A DNA stretch of 64,000 bases from Octopus bimaculoides (GCF_001194135.2 NC_068981.1:199723845-199787844), one strand, 5' to 3'. Numbered from the stretch's first letter, positions 11,225 through 24,166 are shown. The notes: generated by a model not told the origin, from the sequence alone. Translations and numbers: made by a program.

Positions 11225-13522
11225 AAGGAAGCGGTTGGAATCTCCTCATGTCCTGATTGATGATACATCTAGTAATGGTGTCACAATAAAAACACTGGTA
11301 ATTGCGCAACCTGATAATGGCCACCTCATATGAGTGACAAAACAAAATATTGTGAATAACGGTGGGAATGAAACTGAAGCCCTTGATGGTGACAGTGGTA
11401 CACCCAGAAGGTTCAGGGATTCTGGTCCGGCTCCAGCCTCTCGATATCCAGAAAGGGACCACCACACAGGGCGCAGATGGAGCAAACAAATTAATGCTGT
11501 GGCCATGGAGTGTTACTACTACCTGAGCAGCCTGGTAGAAGAAAATGGGGCTCAAATTAGGGGTTACCGACAACGTATGTATGATCATTGGAGAGAAAAG
11601 GGATCGTTTCAACTCACGGAACAAAGACTATGCGATCAAGCTTGAGCAATAAGAACAAATTGTTGGTTCACAGGAGTAGAGCTCAAACCTATCAAAAGAT
11701 GGGTCTTGGAAAATAGCAGCAGAGATAAGAATGAAAATACAGTTCCTACTGATAAAAGTAATCTCATAGAAGAAAAAAGAGGTGAAATCTCTAATAAACC
11801 ACAGGAAAGGAACAGTGATATTTTGCTCAATGAGAGACATATAAATAAATGGTTTGGAAGACAATAAAACTAATGGTGACATGACAGAAGGTCAAAGGGC
11901 AATCTATGACATAATAAAGGTAAGTCTACAGGAGAACGATAGCGACATTATTTGCAACCTTAAAAAGGTTGACCAATGGAAATTGAACCAAGAAACGAAA
12001 AATGTGAATGAAATTCTGAAATACATCAGAACAAACAACATCAGAGAAACAAATAATTTGATGAAGGCAGCAAGTGTTGTTGTAGCAGAAAACGTGGCTG
12101 TTGATGTCAAGAAAAAGAAACATAATGGGAGTGACAAAGAAAAGATCCATGGTGGAAAAGAAGAAGACAGGCAGGGTTAGACATGCTCTCGAAGGAAATC
12201 TCTGTGTTGGATCGAAAAGAGAAAGGGGAGCTTAAAAGCGAACAAAAATACAGGGCACTGAACAGGAAGTATAATATTGAAAGAAAGGGCCTGAAATTGG
12301 TAATGGAGGAACTGAAACAGTGCCTCGTTGCAAAGAAAGGAAAGATGGTAAGATACGACCAAAGAATGAAGGGTGGGTTACTACTAGAATAGGTTATTCA
12401 GATTAGATCAGAAGAGATTCTATAAAGAAATAAATGGAGAGTGTACAGATGAAAAGTTGATACCAGATAACAATGAAAGTCAAAGGTTTTGGAGTGACAT
12501 CTGGAGCAAAGACAAGGGGCACAAGAAGGATGCTGAATGGTTGCAAGAACTGAAACAAACAGTAGTCTTTTTCAAAGCAAGCAGAACTAGTCATTTCAGT
12601 TAGGGAAGTGAAGGAAATCAGCAAAAAAATGGGCAACTTGGAAGGCCCTGGGACCAGATGGAGTTCAAGGCTACTGGATCAAAAGATTTGGTGAATGTCA
12701 TGCACGAATAGCTGCGCAACTCAACACCTTGTTAAATGCCGATCAAGTAACACCAGAGTGGTTGACAATGGGTAGGACAGTGCTGTGCTTCAAAAACATC
12801 AAATGTATGGATGGGTTAGTGATACCACCGGGGGAGGTTATGAAGCAGATAGAAGAAACAGGCTATAGGTACTTGGGGATATTGGAAATGGATAAATTGA
12901 TGGAGAAAAAAATGACAGAAAATACAGTACACAATTACAGGCTGATATCCTGCTTGCTACTTATGTGGAAATTATTGACTGGAATAGTTACAGAGTCAAC
13001 ATATGGACATCTGGGGAAAAAATAGACTCCTGCTACATGAGCAGAAGGGTTGCAAGCGTAAGTGCAGAGGTACCAAAGATCAACTCCTGGTAGACAAAAC
13101 TGTACTTAGAGACTGCAAGAGGAGGAAAAGTAACTTAGCCATGTCATGGATCGACTATCGAAAGGCGTACAATATGATCCCACATTCTTGGATAATGGAA
13201 TGTATGAACCTATTTGGTATTGCATCGAATGCTGAGCGATTGCTTGGAAAAAGTATGACGAGGTGGAGGACGGAACTGACAGCATATGGAAGAAGTTTAG
13301 GGACAATAGAAAACAGGAGAGGCATCTTCCAAGGGGACTGCCTGTCCCCGCTTGTCTTTGTACTGTGCATACCAGTTACACTGATTCTAAGGAAAGCAAA
13401 AGATGGGTATATATTCAAAAGCTTCCAACAAAAAGTCAACCATTTGTTGTTCATGGATGACCTCAAACTTAAAGATGAATCCCAAGTCAGTTCCCTTGTT
13501 GATACGGTATATACCTTCAGTG
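11225..13522 (+). mobile_element. Dong/R4-clade non-LTR retrotransposon, decayed, 3'-truncated
   Basis: N-terminal RRWSKQINAVAMECYY...RGYRQRMYDHW...TEQRLCDQA; [52 protein letters not shown]. Confidence 0.85.
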
Positions 13523-13654
13523 CTGAGAAGGTGACCCAATAAAAACACCAATGGTTGTGCCACCTCAACACCAAAATTCTCAGGAGTGAAAATGTCAAAT
13601 ACAAAGATATAAAACAAAGGATTGAACAAGACTGGCACTAAAAACAGTGTACAT

Positions 13655-14330
13655 GAGGGTGGGTGTGGACTCTCAGGGCCTTCATTAGCAACCCACTTTG
13701 TGATGGTGTCACAATAAAAATACTGGTGATTGCACAACCTTACAAATGCTAAATGAGTGATGTGAAAATTAAATAATAACCACAACTTCACTAACAGAAC
13801 TGGAACTGTCAAGAGTGAAGGTGCTGTGCACGGCAGGCAGGGAGGAGTAACTGATCAAGTTGTGGTAGGTTGTCATCAAGCTGTTGATCAGGACCAAAAT
13901 CACAGTCCAAAGTGAAAAAGAAAAAGAATGAAATGAGAAAAAGAAATAAACAAAATAGTAATAGAATTCTGGCTGAGAATTGAGACAAATAAAAGAGGTT
14001 TCATGAACTGGATGAAAAGAATATGAAATGGAAAAAAGGAAGTTTTGAAGCAAGAGCAATCCATAGGAATGACTGGATTACAGGAGTAGAGATTGAAGGA
14101 ATTCAGAGAAACAATAAAAAAAAGAGCAGAAGCAGAAAGTGGTAATAAAGGGGTAAGAGATGAGAAATATGAAACAGATGGAAACCGCAGAGTACCAGAG
14201 AATAATTGATAAAGTAACTAATAAAAATGATCAAGATGAATAAGTGACAATAAGTTCTGCACAAGACTTGAATGGTAAAGAGGAGATTTTAGAAATGTTG
14301 TGAGGTAAAATGTCTGATGGAAACAATGAA
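13655..14330 (+). mobile_element. Second, more diverged Dong/R4 5' fragment in tandem
   Basis: GTGATGGTGTCACAATAAAAATACTGGTGATTGCACAACC matches 11272-11310; degenerate ORF remnant NDWITGVEIEGIQR resembles NCWFTGVELKPIKR. Confidence 0.6.
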
Positions 14331-14344
14331 GTACCATGAAATGA

Positions 14345-14868
14345 AAGACAATGACAAGCAACCGGGACCTTTGGAGATATGCTGTGCTTGAAAAGCCAAG
14401 TGAGATCGTAGTCATAGCTGATGCCAGTGTTGCATAACTGGCCCATCAAAGCACCCTTCAATCGTAGGGCAATATGCTGTGCTTGTAAAGACCTGTCGAA
14501 CCGAGTGAAATTGTAGTTGTGGCTGATGCCAGTGCTGACAGACACCCATGCCGGTGGCACATAAAATGCGCTGTTTGAGTGTTGGGCCTCATGAAGGCAG
14601 TGACAGATGACTATGATCTTTGGTGATGTACCATTCTTGTGTAGACCTGTCAAACCAAGTGAGACCATTGTTGCCCTACGATTGAAGGTGGCATGTAAGA
14701 AACACCCACTACACTCTTGGAGTGGTTGGTGTAAGGAAGGGCATCCAACCATAGAAACCTTGCCGAATCAGATCGGATCCTGATGCAGTCCCCTGGCTTA
14801 TCATTTTTCAGTCAAACTGTCCAACCTATGCCAGCATGGAAAGTGGACATTAAATGATGAGGATGATG
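14345..14868 (+). mobile_element. RTE 3' end, older subfamily
   Basis: GACCTTTGGAGATATGCTGTGCTTG...GGAAGGGCATCC...ATGGAAAGTGGACATTAAATGATGA. Confidence 0.7.
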
Positions 14869-14949
14869 AATTCTGTTGTGGTAGGCAAGTCTTTTTGAGT
14901 ACAGCTATATGCCACATATTTCACTCCTCTGTCATCTCCTTCATAAGGT

Positions 14950-15540
14950 TCAGCATTTTGAGATTGGCCTTCAGTATTTCATTCTATGTCTTCCTGTTTC
15001 TCCTTCTTCCAAAACATCCTTCTACTTTAAGTGATTGGCACTTCTTCATGCAATTGTCCTCATCCATCCACATCACAACCAAACCAACGCCATCTCCTCT
15101 CTTGCATATAATTCCTCTCATGCTTTAACTTCTCTCTTAAGACACTCATGCTCTATTGCACCTGTACACTGACAATGCACATCTAGCAGAGCATGCCAGT
15201 TCCATTCCTCTCTAGTCTTTGTATGTCCTCTACATCTAGGGCCCATGTCTCACTACCATGTCGTATTGCAGTTCATAGACGTGCATCATACAATCATCCT
15301 TTCACTTGGAGGGAGATCTTTGGTTGCCAACAAAAGTAAAAACTCTCTGAACTTTCTCCATCCAATTTTTATTCCAGTAATGGCACTTTCTGTACAACCT
15401 TCTTCACTTCTAATTAGGTCACCTAGGCAGCAGAGGCTCTGGGATATTTGAAGAAATCAGTTTCTTATGCATCTGTCTGCAGTCTTTGTGGCACCTGTAC
15501 ATCTTGCACATACAAACACTATTTTCTCTGTTAACCTTCC
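14950..15540 (-). mobile_element. RTE ORF2 C-terminal fragment
   Basis: Reverse strand reads a degenerate LYDARL*TAIRHGSETW homologous to 9180-9240. Confidence 0.6.
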
Positions 15541-17339
15541 TACTATTCCACTGCACCTCTTCTATTCATAGATTTCACTGGGTACACCAAATGGAATTTC
15601 TGCCAAATGCTGGATACGGTAATTAACAGCACACCCTGTCCATTTCCCTACCCGTCAGAGGCCAATACTATAGCTTCCACAGAAACAGATCTACTGCGGC
15701 AAGTCTGCAATGAGAATCACCTTGCCAAGCACTCTGCCTATGGAATCCACGTCTCCATTTAGAAGATTCCTATAAGATTATTCCATCATCATGTGTGTTA
15801 ATAGGGTTCCTCAATTATTGACCTTCCTGTAGTCACCCCTGCCATCACTCACACCATGAGTGATGGCAATGCCACTACTATTTACTCCTTCATAACTGTT
15901 GGAAACGGACATGCAAGACATTAATAGAAATGTTGAAACTGAATTCCAGAGGGGATTGGAAAACGTTTCAGAAGGCAATTAAGGGGAGTTTTGTTTCTGG
16001 TGAGGTCAGTTAGACACTTGTTGATATAGCAGCCATACAACACAGTGCTAGATCCTTAGTAACGACGAAAAATTTGGACCCAAGAGAAGCAACAACCCGA
16101 TGCAAACTTTGGTTTTTCATCACCAATCCAACTCTAAGTGACTTCTAATCCTTTAATTTGATTGATTTACATTGCATACTGGCACTATAGTACCATATAG
16201 GCCTGACCTCTCACCGTTCGGGCGATCGTTTCCATATGCATGTAGTAGGTGTTCTAATAACGTTCCTGCTATCTTGAATTCCCTGTCCTGACGTTATCCG
16301 AAGCCATCCCATAACCGTCTCTAACTCCTCATCTCACTACCTCGCACCTCCTTCAGTCTTATCGTCTCTCATTCACTGCGGTCTCTTCTTCATCTACTTC
16401 CTTTCTTCTCCGTTAATAACTCCGACCGAATATTTTGGTTAAAACATCAAACATTTTCACTCCTTACAGCAACCGAACCTACTGACACTCATCTACTGTC
16501 TTTGGATGTTATATATTTACATATATTAGTTGCGGCACACGGTACACCTTGGATTAGAGATGGGGAAATACTGAAAACAAAGACCGTCATTAGAAAATAC
16601 AGGAGGTAAATAGTTTTGCATGGATTGTTGGTTTTCATAAATTATAAGACATAAAAGTTAAATCCTATTTTAATGCATTAAAATAACAGTAAAATTTGAA
16701 TAGGAAAGAAATTAAACTTAAAAACTGGAAGTAAAATACAAAAATTCCAACTTTAAAAGTCGTAACGAGAAAATAAATAAAGGATATAATGGTATATTTA
16801 ACAGAAAATATAAAATTCATTTGTACAAGAAATAAGATTCGAGAAATTAGCAAATTTTTGCATCTTTTTCCTCCTCTCTTTTATTTTATTTATTTTTTAT
16901 ATATGGGGAATGTGTAAAAATAGGATGGAAATAAAACGAAAACGAAATATTGTTTGCTGAGGTGTCACTGTACTGGTTGCAAAACAGAGAGTCCATTCTA
17001 ATTAGATACTTTATAAGTATTTAATTAATAAATACTTATAAGTTAAAAGAATTTTTTTTCTGTCTCCTTGTAATGCATTTTTAAAAAGAAAATATTTGTT
17101 ACTCTACTCTTTTCGTTTCGCCATTTCAAGTAAACTACAGTGTTTACAAAACAAAATTCCATCCTCTATTATTTTTTTATCGCCGTAATTTTCATCCTCC
17201 CCTCCTTCACTTATTATTATTTGTTTTTTTTTAGGAAAGTCTCTTAGCATATTCAAGTTATAAATTAAGATGCTTTGAATTAAAAATCTTGAAAGTTGCG
17301 GGGAAACAAATCGAGGTTGAACATCGATCACCATCCTTC

Positions 17340-18090
17340 CTTTTTAGTTTCTCTTTCACAATTGGCCTCTGTACATTGGGCTACAAGCCGTCTGCAGTAA
17401 ACCCTGTTTTGAGCATAGTCGCCTACATTTTACCAGCTGATTTTTCGATGTTTGAAGGTGGAACCATTATATCCTTCTCTTGCAAGTTTCACTCTTCTTT
17501 TTGCCATAATCTCCTGCACTCTGTGCAGATTGACTCTTCTCTGGTCTTTAGATTATATAACTGTCGGTGATTTTGAGTCTTCTGCATAGACACCGTTGGT
17601 GGAATGCATTCAGCTCAAGAGTTACTTGGTAGTCATATCTCAAGATTCTCCTCCATAGATTGCTATTGACAGGACAATGCTTGCTACCATCGGATTTTCA
17701 TACGATTGCTGATTGAAGTGCTACCCAGATTTCGTTGTTCCTCTGAACACTTCTACTGCACACCTGATTCAGGAGTTGACATCTCCTCTCTATCCCTGCA
17801 CCACCTCTGTAATAATAATGCTGTCTGATATCGGGTTCTTGATTTACAAGTATTTATGTCACTTCTTGCCCACCGGCTTGCATTACCTTGGTTTTCTTGG
17901 AGTTGATCCACAGACCTGTTTTTGCCATTTCTTCGGCCACTCTGTCATTTGCAGGAGCATTGAACTTGATTCTGCCAGGAATGCAATGTCATCAGCATAG
18001 TTCAGATCCATTAGGTGTCTGCCTACAGTCCACACCTCTCATTAGAATGTCTTTAAACACAGTTGCAGTTCAGATTCACAAAATTGCTGT
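17340..18090 (-). mobile_element. RTE-type RT 3' fragment (different family)
   Basis: Reverse strand DLNYADDIAFLAES; degenerate thumb region. Confidence 0.65.
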
Positions 18091-18307
18091 GCGTGATTAA
18101 CAACTGCATGGCTACAATATCCAGGTTTGTTTCCCATTTTACTAACTAGTTGCAACTATTCAGGAGTAAAACCTGAATGGAAATTTTATGCTCTGCTACA
18201 AGAACTTAGATATTTTGATAATCGCTTTAATAGAAAATAATGCAAATCCATTCCAGCCATGATTATTAAGTCAATGAGTCAATATATTGTTTTATATATA
18301 TATATAT

Positions 18308-18340
<33 letters not shown>

Positions 18341-18950
18341 GTTTAACGTCTGCTTTCCATGCTAGCATAGGTTGGACGATTTGACTGAGGACTGGCAAGC
18401 CAGAAGGCTGCACCAGGCTCCAATCTGATCTGGCAGAGTTTCTACAGCTGGATGCCCTTCCTAACGCCAACCACTCCGAGAGTGTAGTATGTGCTTTTAC
18501 GTGCCACCAGCACGAGGGCCAGTCACACGGTACTGACAACGACCACGTTCAAATGGTGTTTTTTACGTGCCACCTGTACGGGAGCCAGTCCAGCGGCACT
18601 GGCAATGACCTCGCTTGAATGATTTTCTAACATGCCACCAGCACAAGTGCTAGAAGGCAACGCTGGTAACGATTACGCTCAAGTGGTGCTATTTATGGGC
18701 CACTAGCACAGAAGCCAGACAGCTGCTCTGGCGATTAATATGCTCAGACAGTGCTGTTAGTGCTCCACTGGCGCAAGTGCCAGTCATCGAGTATGGTTCA
18801 ATTACGATTTCGATTTCACTTTCCTCCAACAGGTCTTCACAAGCAGAGTTTAGTGTTCAATGAAGGAGAGGTTGGCATGGGTGCCGGTCGTCGGATTCGG
18901 TTCGATTTCGATTTCAGATTTCAAATTTCAATTTCCATATTCCAAATTTT
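18308..18950 (-). mobile_element. RTE 3' UTR/tail, close relative of 9700-10335
   Basis: (ATC)n then the reverse complement of 9700-10335, including the GAAATC micro-array. Confidence 0.85.
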
Positions 18951-19309
18951 CAAGTTTACAGGAAACAAAAGATGAAGACAGGTGAGGAAACAACAAGCAG
19001 ATGCATTAGGTTGATGCTCAGGAAGAATGGGGAAAGTCTTTGACATTTTGAGCCTATGCACTTTGACAGAAAGTGTTGAGAGAGAAAAAAATGTGTAGGG
19101 ATTAACAGGTCAACATGATGAAATGACCAGAAGGAAGAAGCTGAATGAAGGAGAGATAATGGTGGTGACCTGGATGAACTGGGCTGTGCATATGTAAGAG
19201 TGGTGTATGTATGTGGGCAAACGCGTGTGAATACATGTGTGGACGAGCATAAAATTATGTGTGTCCTTAGTGGTGTTGGAGAGGTAGGGGCAATTGGGCT
19301 CTCAATGCA

Positions 19310-19660
19310 GAAGGCAAGTGTTGACTGGAGAGAAATGAAAGCATTACACTCCACTGGATGTGCAACAACAGTGCGCATGTACAACAAAGTGCAAATGTAT
19401 TGAGAGAAAAGTTGGGCTTAAGAGGAATTAAATGTAGCTTGCAAAAGAGAAGACTACATTGGTTTGGACATGTGATGTGTATGAATGTGCTGCATAAAGA
19501 AGTGGAAGAGAGAGACTCAGGAAGACATGGGATGAAGTGGTAAGAACCAATCTCAGGAAGTTGGGCCTCATGGAGGAAATGACATGGATCAAGATGTCTG
19601 GTGATATGATATTCTTGATAAGACTTGCACACATCAACGAAACTGAGTTTAGAAGCGCTG
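19310..19660 (+). mobile_element. RTE ORF2 C-terminal fragment
   Basis: LREKLGLRGIKCSLQKRRLHWFGHVM; an older tail copy follows at about 19935-20200. Confidence 0.7.
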
Positions 19661-20889
19661 TGTGTTCCACCCACACGTAACCACAAAACTTCTCACACAC
19701 CCTAACCCCAACAAACCAAACTACATCTCTACATCTTTTCTCTTCCTCACATCTTCTCCTTCATGCACTATGCCAACCTCCCACTCCCTAATCCTGTCCT
19801 CATGGCCCTGTTTCCCTGTATCATTGTTATTCGGGAGCCTCCCACTTCCTATATAACTAGGTTTTCAACACTTACTTCCCCTCCCCACTCTCTAATCATG
19901 CTTCTTTGGCAATATCCTCCCACTTATACTTGGTGACCCTGTCAATGCAGGTGGCACTTAAAATGCATCCAGTCCATAGTGTAAAGTGGTTGGCATTTGG
20001 GAGGGCATCCAACTGACCTTACCTGTGCTTGTGCCACATAAAGAGCATGTGGTCTACTTTTCTGGGTGGTTGGTGTTAGGAAAGGCATCCAGTTGTAAAA
20101 ATCCTGCCAAAACAGTCGCAGAAGTCTTGTGCAGGCTTCTACCTGGCTGGCTCCTATCAAACTGTCCCACCCATACCAGCATGGAAGATGGACATTAAGT
20201 TACTGGTTTCAGTTATAGTTTTGTGTGTTTTACAGGTGGATGGATGAACTCTTACACCAACAGCACAACACTAATAGATATCACCCCTTCCTCCAATATT
20301 GTTTCCTTGTCATTACCACATCCATCTTGTCTCACTAGTTGCCCCATCTATTGCTGCCAATCCAGTTAACATCATCCACTTCAACTTCCATAGCCATACA
20401 ACTGTGTCTCTCCTTCATGTATGTACATCTGATGTTTGTCTTCCTGTTATTTTCAGTGTCTCTGGTTATTATCATACTTTCTAATATGTCAGCATTGAAA
20501 TATCATTATTTATTTTTCTATATTTCAGGGTATTTGAAAACTGAAGATGTTATCAAGGAAACAAGAGACTTTATTTGTATATTTTCAGTTCTATCTCTGT
20601 GAAACATTTCTCATGGATTCCAATAGATTTCCTTTATTGGCGGCACATAATTACATAGACTCCATATTATTTTTGTGGTGCTGTATCATCAACATTTACT
20701 GAGGCTTTCCTCTTACATAATGCCTTTCATAACTTTAAATGACTGATGTCTAAGTTCAAGATTCCATCTTACCCAGTTCCCTTATGACTGAAAAAAAAGT
20801 CTTCATTGAAAATATTTGGAAAAATATTTCTCTGATGAAAATTACAGAAGAAAAGTAGTTTTTCTATTTTGCAAAGAAGATTTGAAATT

Positions 20890-22299
20890 ATGGAGAAGAA
20901 ATTGAGTGAGAGTTGCATTCATAATGAAAGAGAGCCTGATAAGGCTCATACAGGGAAGATATACCTGTGTGACATCTGTGGGAAGTCTTTTAAGATAGGA
21001 AGATATTTAATCCAACATAAATTAATCCACACAGATTCAAAACTTTACAATTGTGATACATGTGGTAAAAGGTTCTCTACAAATCAATGTTTGTCTAACC
21101 ACAAACGCATTCATACAGGAGAGAAACCATATCATTGTCATATTTGTGGTAAAACTTTCTCTCAAAATAGTAACTTGTTAAACCACAAACGTATTCATAC
21201 AGGGGAAAAGCCGTATCACTGTGATATTTGTGGTAAATTATTTTCTATAAATAGTAATTTATTGAAACATGTACGTATGCATACAGGTGAGAAACCATAT
21301 CATTGTGATATCTGTGGCAAAGCATTCTCTGTAAAATGTAGCTTACTGAAACACAAACATACTCATACAGGAGAAAAGCCATTCCACTGTGATATTTGTG
21401 GTAAAGCATTTTCTGAAAACAGTAATTTACTGAATCACAAACGTATTCACACAGGTGAGAAACCATATCACTGTGATATTTGTGGTAAATCATTCTCTGA
21501 AAATAGCAATTTATTGAAACATAAGCGCATGCATACAGGTGAGAAACCATATCATTGTGATATCTGTGGTAAAGCATTCTCTGTAAACAGTCATTTGTCT
21601 AAGCACAAACGTATTCACACAGGTGAGAAACCATACCTGTGTGCTATCTGTGGTATGACATTCTCTCAAAGTTCTAATTTATTAACCCATAAACGTATTC
21701 ATACAGGAGAAAAGCCATATCATTGTGATATCTGTGGTAAAACTTTCAATGCTAATGGCAATTTATCTAACCACAAGCGTATTCATACAGGGAAGAAACA
21801 ATATCACTGTGATATCTGTGGTAAATCATTATCTCAGAAAGGTCGTTTACTATCTCATAAACGTATTCATACAGGAGAAAAACCATACCACTGTGATATA
21901 TGTAGCAAAAAGTTCTCTACTAATGAATATTTATCTAACCACAAACGTATTCACACAGGGGAGAAACCATACCGCTGTGACATTTGTGGTAAAGCATTCT
22001 CTGGGAATAGTCACTTATTGACTCATAGACGTATTCATACAGGTGAGAAACCATATCACTGTGATATTTGTGGTAAATCATTCTCTGATGGTAGTCATTT
22101 ATCTAAACACAAACGTATTCACACAGGTGAGAAACCATATCACTGTGATATCTGTGGTAAATCATTCTCTCAGAATATCAATTTACTAACCCATCGACGT
22201 ATTCACACAGGAGAGAAACCATATCATTGTGATATTTGTGGTAAAGCATTCTCTCTAAATTGCCATTTATCTAATCACAAACGTATTCATACAGGTTAG
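20890..22299 (+). CDS. C2H2 zinc-finger array protein ZNF-A, 16 fingers, single coding exon
   Basis: Open frame from ATG 20890 (track ORF starts at TTG 20869) with 16 CxxC...HxxxH units and TGEKPY linkers; candidate acceptor TTTTGCAAAG ending at 20876. Confidence 0.92.
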   Translation: MEKKLSESCIHNEREPDKAHTGKIYLCDICGKSFKIGRYLIQHKLIHTDSKLYNCDTCGKRFSTNQCLSNHKRIHTGEKPYHCHICGKTFSQNSNLLNHKRIHTGEKPYHCDICGKLFSINSNLLKHVRMHTGEKPYHCDICGKAFSVKCSLLKHKHTHTGEKPFHCDICGKAFSENSNLLNHKRIHTGEKPYHCDICGKSFSENSNLLKHKRMHTGEKPYHCDICGKAFSVNSHLSKHKRIHTGEKPYLCAICGMTFSQSSNLLTHKRIHTGEKPYHCDICGKTFNANGNLSNHKRIHTGKKQYHCDICGKSLSQKGRLLSHKRIHTGEKPYHCDICSKKFSTNEYLSNHKRIHTGEKPYRCDICGKAFSGNSHLLTHRRIHTGEKPYHCDICGKSFSDGSHLSKHKRIHTGEKPYHCDICGKSFSQNINLLTHRRIHTGEKPYHCDICGKAFSLNCHLSNHKRIHTG

Positions 22300-22410
22300 A
22301 AAACATTCCACTGTGATATACATGTCAGATAATACTTTCAACAAAGTAATTTATTAACCCTTAAGCATTTATAATTAATAGAACCATACATTTATAATAT
22401 TTGTGCTAAA
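22300..22410 (+). pseudogene. Vestigial fingers downstream of the ZNF-A stop
   Basis: ACA GGT TAG AAA ACA TTC CAC TGT GAT ATA = TG*KTFHCDI, then an eroded SNLLTLKH. Confidence 0.7.
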
Positions 22411-24166
22411 ACATTGTCTTATTAACCTATTGTCTAAGCATTATCAGATATATTTACTCACACACACACACACACACACAAAAGGTAAACCATGGCTCAG
22501 TTCTTTTGTCCAAATTTAGTTACATTAAGATTACTCCCAGAGTCTTCACTATGGTTTAAAATGGATTTAGATTTCTAGTGTTTCTGGAATTAATGTATAT
22601 ATTTTTCACTTTTGATGTAAAATGGTAACAATAAAATAACCAGTTGTTTCAACACTTAATTATCTAAAACAATTGTTATTGAGTAGCTTTAAGTCAGTTC
22701 TGATCCAGCAGCAATCTTATGGCCCACTAGCAGTGGGTCCTTTCTTAGAATTAGTTAAGTTTCATAATTTGCTATTTGCCAAAATATTCACAAATTATTG
22801 AACTGTTTGCAAATTTGACCAAAAAAAAAAATCTTATTATATTTCATAATTTTAGAAAATGTTCTTTCTGAGAAACGTGTTGTATATTTTTTGATCCCAG
22901 CAACAAAATCATTTTGACCACAGATTCTAGCTAGTACTCAATCTCAGTTAAGTGAAGCCTTACCAACTGTATGGGTTACAAAATATGTCATTTTTTTTTT
23001 TTTACTTGGAAGTAAATTCTTGCTCACATCTAAACTTTGTCTTGAATTCAGTTTAAATCTAAACAAGGAAATTTCTAAACGATCCTTCAAGAATACTGCT
23101 GAGGTCATAATAGCTGACAGCATTTACCTTTGATTTTTCATTTGTTAACGAAACACACTTCTTTATGCTGATGTATTCTTTTAAATAAATTTTAGGGCAC
23201 AATCTCATTAAGTTAATAATGATGAGATTTTAATCACTGGATAGAAACTAACACATTACATCGAACCCTATCATAAAAATTAAAGTGAAAGAAATCAATA
23301 CATGCATGGGTCAGACAGAAGAATTCATTGCGGAAAGTTTTCTATGGCCCGATGCCCTTCCTGTTGCCCACTCTCGCCTATTTCCAAGCAAATTTGGTTT
23401 ACAGCTGTTTCCAGTAGTCATTATAAGTACATTGATCAATTGAGGCAAATTGAACGACCTAAGAAAATTAATACAACTTTCATCGGAGCCATTTCGAGAT
23501 ATAACAAGCAGAGCACTTGAGGAATGGCTATTGTGGGAGTGGGGGAATGGGGTGGATGAGGATGTTCATGCAGAATAGAGAACAGGGAAAGACAGGTTAC
23601 AAAGGGGCTGGAAGCAAGTAAGGTCTCTTAGTAGAAGTAGGGGCATTGTATTGCCAAACTTTGGTCAGTAGCAAATAGTTGAAAAATCCACATCATATGT
23701 TATGTGTAGCTGAAAGAACTCAGATCCAAGAACTGTAAGTCACTGTTGAACCTTAGAGTCAAAATTTTCAACAGTTGTAAGCATATGCCCTAAGTTCCTC
23801 TTGGAGAATTGGGAAGTACCCCCCCCCCCCCAACTAGATTAAATAACTGTAATATAACCTAAACCACTATTTTTTTTCAGCCTTATATTTTATGGTCTAA
23901 GGGAAATAACTCTTATTCCTCTTTCGTTTCTTTCTGATTGCTTTCCCATTTGTGCTTTTGCAACCTCCCACTTTTTATATATTCTTGCTTCTTGCCTTTT
24001 CTCTCGTCCCATTTTTAGTTTGTTCTGCCACGTGGGCAGTTTCTGATGATCGTGCTAGGACACCAGACATGTTATAAAAATGTTTGGCATGTTCTCAGCA
24101 TACGAAACTAATAGTAAGTAGCACATAAAAGCATATACTGTGTTTATTAAATAATACATACATACT

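Noticed and set aside
15540-16140. Unassigned, moderately GC-rich segment
   Set aside because: No ORF, motif or in-window homolog recognised; probably an old repeat and needs a database search.
19031-19075. Degenerate hammerhead-like trace on the minus strand
   Set aside because: The core reads CTGTCAA and AAAAT instead of CTGANGA and GAAAC; at best a dead relic.
21245-22021. Antisense and off-frame ORFs overlapping the ZNF genes (also in 37861-39209 and 56763-57916)
   Set aside because: By-products of the 84-bp finger periodicity; no independent coding signal.
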